DNA from: Podarcis erhardii
Lineage: Eukaryota
DNA: 64,000 bases
Direction: 5' to 3' (one strand)
Assembly (NCBI GenBank): GCA_964252035.1
Contig: OZ176204.1
The translations under genes and the position numbers were made by a program. The stretch's first letter is position 1. Each line of letters begins with the position of its first letter. Positions 60,842 to 64,000 of the stretch are shown here, piece by piece. The notes beneath the pieces are model-generated. The model made no database searches and was not told the origin of the DNA. It saw nothing but the letters and a program-made list of their open reading frames with translations.

Positions 60842-61068
60842 CAGTGGTACCTCGGGTTAAGTACTTAATTCGTTCCAGAGGTCTGTACTTAACCTGAAAC
60901 TGTTCTTAACCTGAAGCACCACTTTAGCTAATGGGGCCTCCCGCTGCCGCCACGCCGCCGGAACATGATTTCTGTTCTCATCCTGAAGCAAAGTTCTTAA
61001 CCCGAGGTACTATTTCTGGGTTAGCGGAGTCTGTAACCTGAAGTGTATGTAACCTGAACGTACCACTG
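60842..61068. mobile_element. Tc1/mariner MITE, subfamily A
   Basis: CAGTGGTACCTCGG ... GTACCACTG-TA. Confidence 0.9.
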
Positions 61069-61121
61069 TAGAGGAAAGCCTGTAAGGAATTGGAAAGGGG
61101 GCGGCAGAAGTATGCAACCTA

Positions 61122-61480
61122 CAGTGGTACCTCGCAAGACGAAATTAATTCGTTCTGCGAGTTTTTTCGTCTTGCGAAGCACGGATTTTGGAAAAGCTTC
61201 AAAAATCACCAGAGTCTTCAAAAACCTCAAAAAAGGCTACCACACCGCGTGCTATGAGTTGCTCCTCGAAGTCAAGTCGCAACTGCACCCCCTGAATGCA
61301 CGGTTTCAAGAAAAAGGAAACAAACTTGCAAGACAAAGGAAACAAACTTGCAAGACGTTTTCGTCTTGCGAAGCAAGTCCATAGGGAAATTCGTCTTGCG
61401 AAGCAACTCAAAAAACGAAAAACTCTTTCGTCTTGCGAGTTTTTCGTCTTACGAGGCATTCGTCTTGCGAGGTACCACTG
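61122..61480. mobile_element. Tc1/mariner MITE, subfamily B
   Basis: TA-CAGTGGTACCTCGCAAGACGAA ... TTCGTCTTGCGAGGTACCACTG-TA; internal 22-bp tandem duplication near 61313-61355. Confidence 0.9.
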
Positions 61481-61902
61481 TATTCAGTTATAGGGTTGCC
61501 ATTTTCCATTTGGCTAGGGGGGGCTTTGCCTTTAAAAGCTGTGTTAGGAGTAGCAGCAGAAGTCAGAGGCTAGCAGCTCCACCAGCGCCCAAGGTGAGTG
61601 TGCGCGCATGTTCGCCAGGCTCTCATCGCCAGGTGGGGCATGAGCTTCACCCTCCACTAGCCTGTCCCTCGCCCCTGACGAGCAGGCCCTTGCGTGCCGG
61701 ATCTCTGCTGGGAGGGTGCCTGTTTTAGCCCCCCCCCCCAAGTGCGCCCAGGGCAACAGCCCACCTGATACCCCCACTGTGCATATGTTTGCTACAAGAG
61801 CGGGAAACCTAATTTTAAGAAACTGTATTCAATTAAAGTAATTCGGTTTGATTTGTAATAATTTGGAAAATTAATAAAAATAAAGTATTTTATATAATAT
61901 AC

Positions 61903-61936
<34 letters not shown>

Positions 61937-62699
61937 AATACTGGTTTGTGGGAGTTGTTCTCATTTTTATGAGGTATTTTGAACCACCCTGAGGTCTATG
62001 GATGAATTTAATTCCTACAAATTTAATTATTTATTTAATAATTAGCAATAATTGAATTTATACTGTAACTCATGCTGAAGGCTATCCTCGAATGTTGGGT
62101 CTTACTCCCAAGTACTCCCTTACAGTGCAAACCTATACATATTTACTTAGAAGTAAACCCCACCGGATCCAATGGAATTTACAGGGAAATACACCTGCAA
62201 TCCTCTAGTTTCCCTCTCTGGAAAATGGGGATTCTGTAGGCTTCCAGCACAGGGATTTTGTGCGAGGGAAATTCAATGGCAATCCCAGAGATACTTTGCC
62301 GATTAAAGCAATAGCAACCCCGCAGCTTTCTCTATGCAAATGGTACGAGATGAATGAGACGGGAAGGTGCGTTGAGTAAATAACGATCAAATTACCCCTT
62401 TCGTATTTGCACCTCGATACTTCCCAACAGGACAAGGCAACTAGTCATCAGTGCTCGGGGGGTTCTTTGTGTGCCAAAAGCGAATATGAAATCTGCTCAT
62501 TCATTTCTCACGAACAACTTCCTTGCACGGAATCGCTTTTCTCCAAGCCGTTTCTCAGCTTCGACTTTCGTCCCCACCCTCTTTGGCCCGGCTCCTTGCC
62601 TTATTGCGACGGCAATACAAAGAAGATTTAACTTGGGGGGGGGGGGAGAATGGGTGGGTGGTTAGGTGGGGAGATAGCTTTCTGCTAAGCCAGCTCCTC

Positions 62700-64000
62700 C
62701 TATGTCAAGGTGACAGCGACAACCCGTCGCTCGCTCCAATTCTCCGTTTCCCATTTCCCCCTCGCCAGCTCGAAGACAGAAACTAACATGCTTCACTCTC
62801 GTTTCCCCCGAAATCCGACCCGGGGCTGTTGCTCGGCAAATTCAGATTGCCCAATCGCGGCGCAGGACGACGCGGCCTCCCATTCCCACGCCCAGTTTCC
62901 TCGCAGTGCTCGGTTCAAAGGCGCCTCTCGGGTTACCGCAGGGTGTGTGTGTGCGCGCGCGGGGGGGGGGGGTAGGAAGAAGAGGGGCGGGTGCGTGGGG
63001 GGTGGGCGACGAAGGTATGAGTGTGTTTGCACGTGTCTGCAGCGCCTCTTGCCGTGCAACAACTTCGCCCTGCCCGGAACAAAGTGCCCCTTTTTTTCTT
63101 GCAATGCAAGCGGTCCCGGTTCTCCAGGGCGCTCCTGGTGTGCGTGAGAACGCGCACAAGTGCACGCGCCTCGCTTCCTTCCCCCCCCCCTCCCCACCCA
63201 CAGAGTTTAGAATCCCAGCTATGCAAATAAGCGAAGCAGCCAGTCCCTCCTCCGCGCCCGCCCTTGATTGGGTGGGCTTGGCTTAAGGCGAGGCAGCAAA
63301 GCGAAGGGAAAGAGGAGGGGGCGGAGCCGGGCTTGGAATGCGAGCCCGGACTGACGGCGCGGCTGGGCGAGTCAGGGAGAGCTTTGCAAATAAAAGCAGA
63401 GGGGGAGGGGAAGGAAGGCAGGCGAGGCTTTGCTTCGCGTGCAAAGCTCCACCCCCCGACGGTGCAGCTGCCCGGGCTGAGGGCTTTTCAGGAAGCGGTA
63501 CTTAAAACGGCTCCAGAGGAACATGTGAGAAGCAGTCGCCGCTGGAATCCGAAGGGCGAGGAGGAGGAGGAGGAGGAGAGGAGCTGCAAGGGGAATGGGC
63601 GCCGCTGGGTCGCATGCGGGAAGGGGCCGAGCGAGCGCCGCTGCCCGAGCCTGAGGTGCGCCGCCGTCGGGGGCAGAGCGGGCTGAACGCGGGGAAGGAG
63701 GGACGCCGGGGCTGCTGCTCCTGCCGCCGCCTCCGTCTCCTCTTCTGCCGGCTTTCCCTTGCACCGTCGACGCCGGACCAGCAGCTGCCCTTGGGCTCGG
63801 GCTGGGCTGCTTCGCCTTGGGGTCGGTCGCCTTTGCTGCAGTCGGCCAGCGGAGAGGCGAAGCGAAGAACAGACTCCGGTAACTTCCTTCGAAGCTTTTG
63901 CTTCCTTGCTTGCTTGCTTAAAAAATGAAATGAAGAAGCTACTTGTCGAGGGGCGCTGAATTAAAGAGGATTTGGTGCTCCTTCGCGTGTTAAGTTTTTT
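62700..64000 (+). promoter_or_regulatory. TIPARP: CpG-island promoter, probably TIPARP (PARP7)
   Basis: Dense CpG, GC boxes, CCAAT at 62851 and ATTGG at 63267, octamer ATGCAAAT at 63221, several GCGTG cores; identity rests on amniote synteny, no coding match in the window. Confidence 0.6.
63533..63878 (+). other. TIPARP: Putative non-coding first exon (start approximate)
   Basis: Donor CCG|GTAACT at 63878/63879 where GC content falls; TATA-like CTTAAAA near 63501; an alternative start near 63420 is possible. Confidence 0.45.

Noticed and set aside
62700-63960. Many 100-145-aa ORFs in the terminal CpG island as a coding gene
   Set aside because: None resembles the TIPARP N-terminus or another known protein; expected in GC-rich DNA

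Overview
Eukaryotic (vertebrate) genomic DNA, inferred from its repeats (Sauria SINE, RTE-BovB, CR1, L2, MIR-type CORE SINE) to be a squamate, most likely a lacertid lizard. It is not prokaryotic: I found no operons, CRISPR arrays or rRNA. The window holds the last six coding exons of KCNAB1 (Kv beta-1, + strand, 1900-14955). The complete 5-exon SSR3/TRAP-gamma gene (- strand, CDS 27894-20703, 192 aa) converges on it tail-to-tail. About 35 kb of repeat-rich intergenic DNA follows, then a CpG-island promoter with a probable non-coding first exon (62.7-64 kb). I assign that promoter to TIPARP/PARP7 by the amniote gene order KCNAB1-SSR3-TIPARP and its AhR-type motifs; no TIPARP coding sequence is in view. 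Almost all ORFs in the supplied track are spurious or transposon-derived. I found no convincing new protein-coding system. The most unusual observations are: a BovB insertion with a 3' tail at both ends inside one target-site duplication, a Rex1/Babar LINE nested in a SINE tail, a GC-AG intron in KCNAB1, back-to-back opposite-strand poly(A) signals between the convergent genes, two SINEs with different tRNA heads on the same CR1 tail, an AT-to-GC-shifted SINE tail at the SSR3 CpG island, and candidate AhR/AP-1/E2F elements (some MITE-borne) upstream of TIPARP. Exon boundaries and TSDs were counted by hand; other repeat boundaries are approximate. Family names come from recall, not from database searches.
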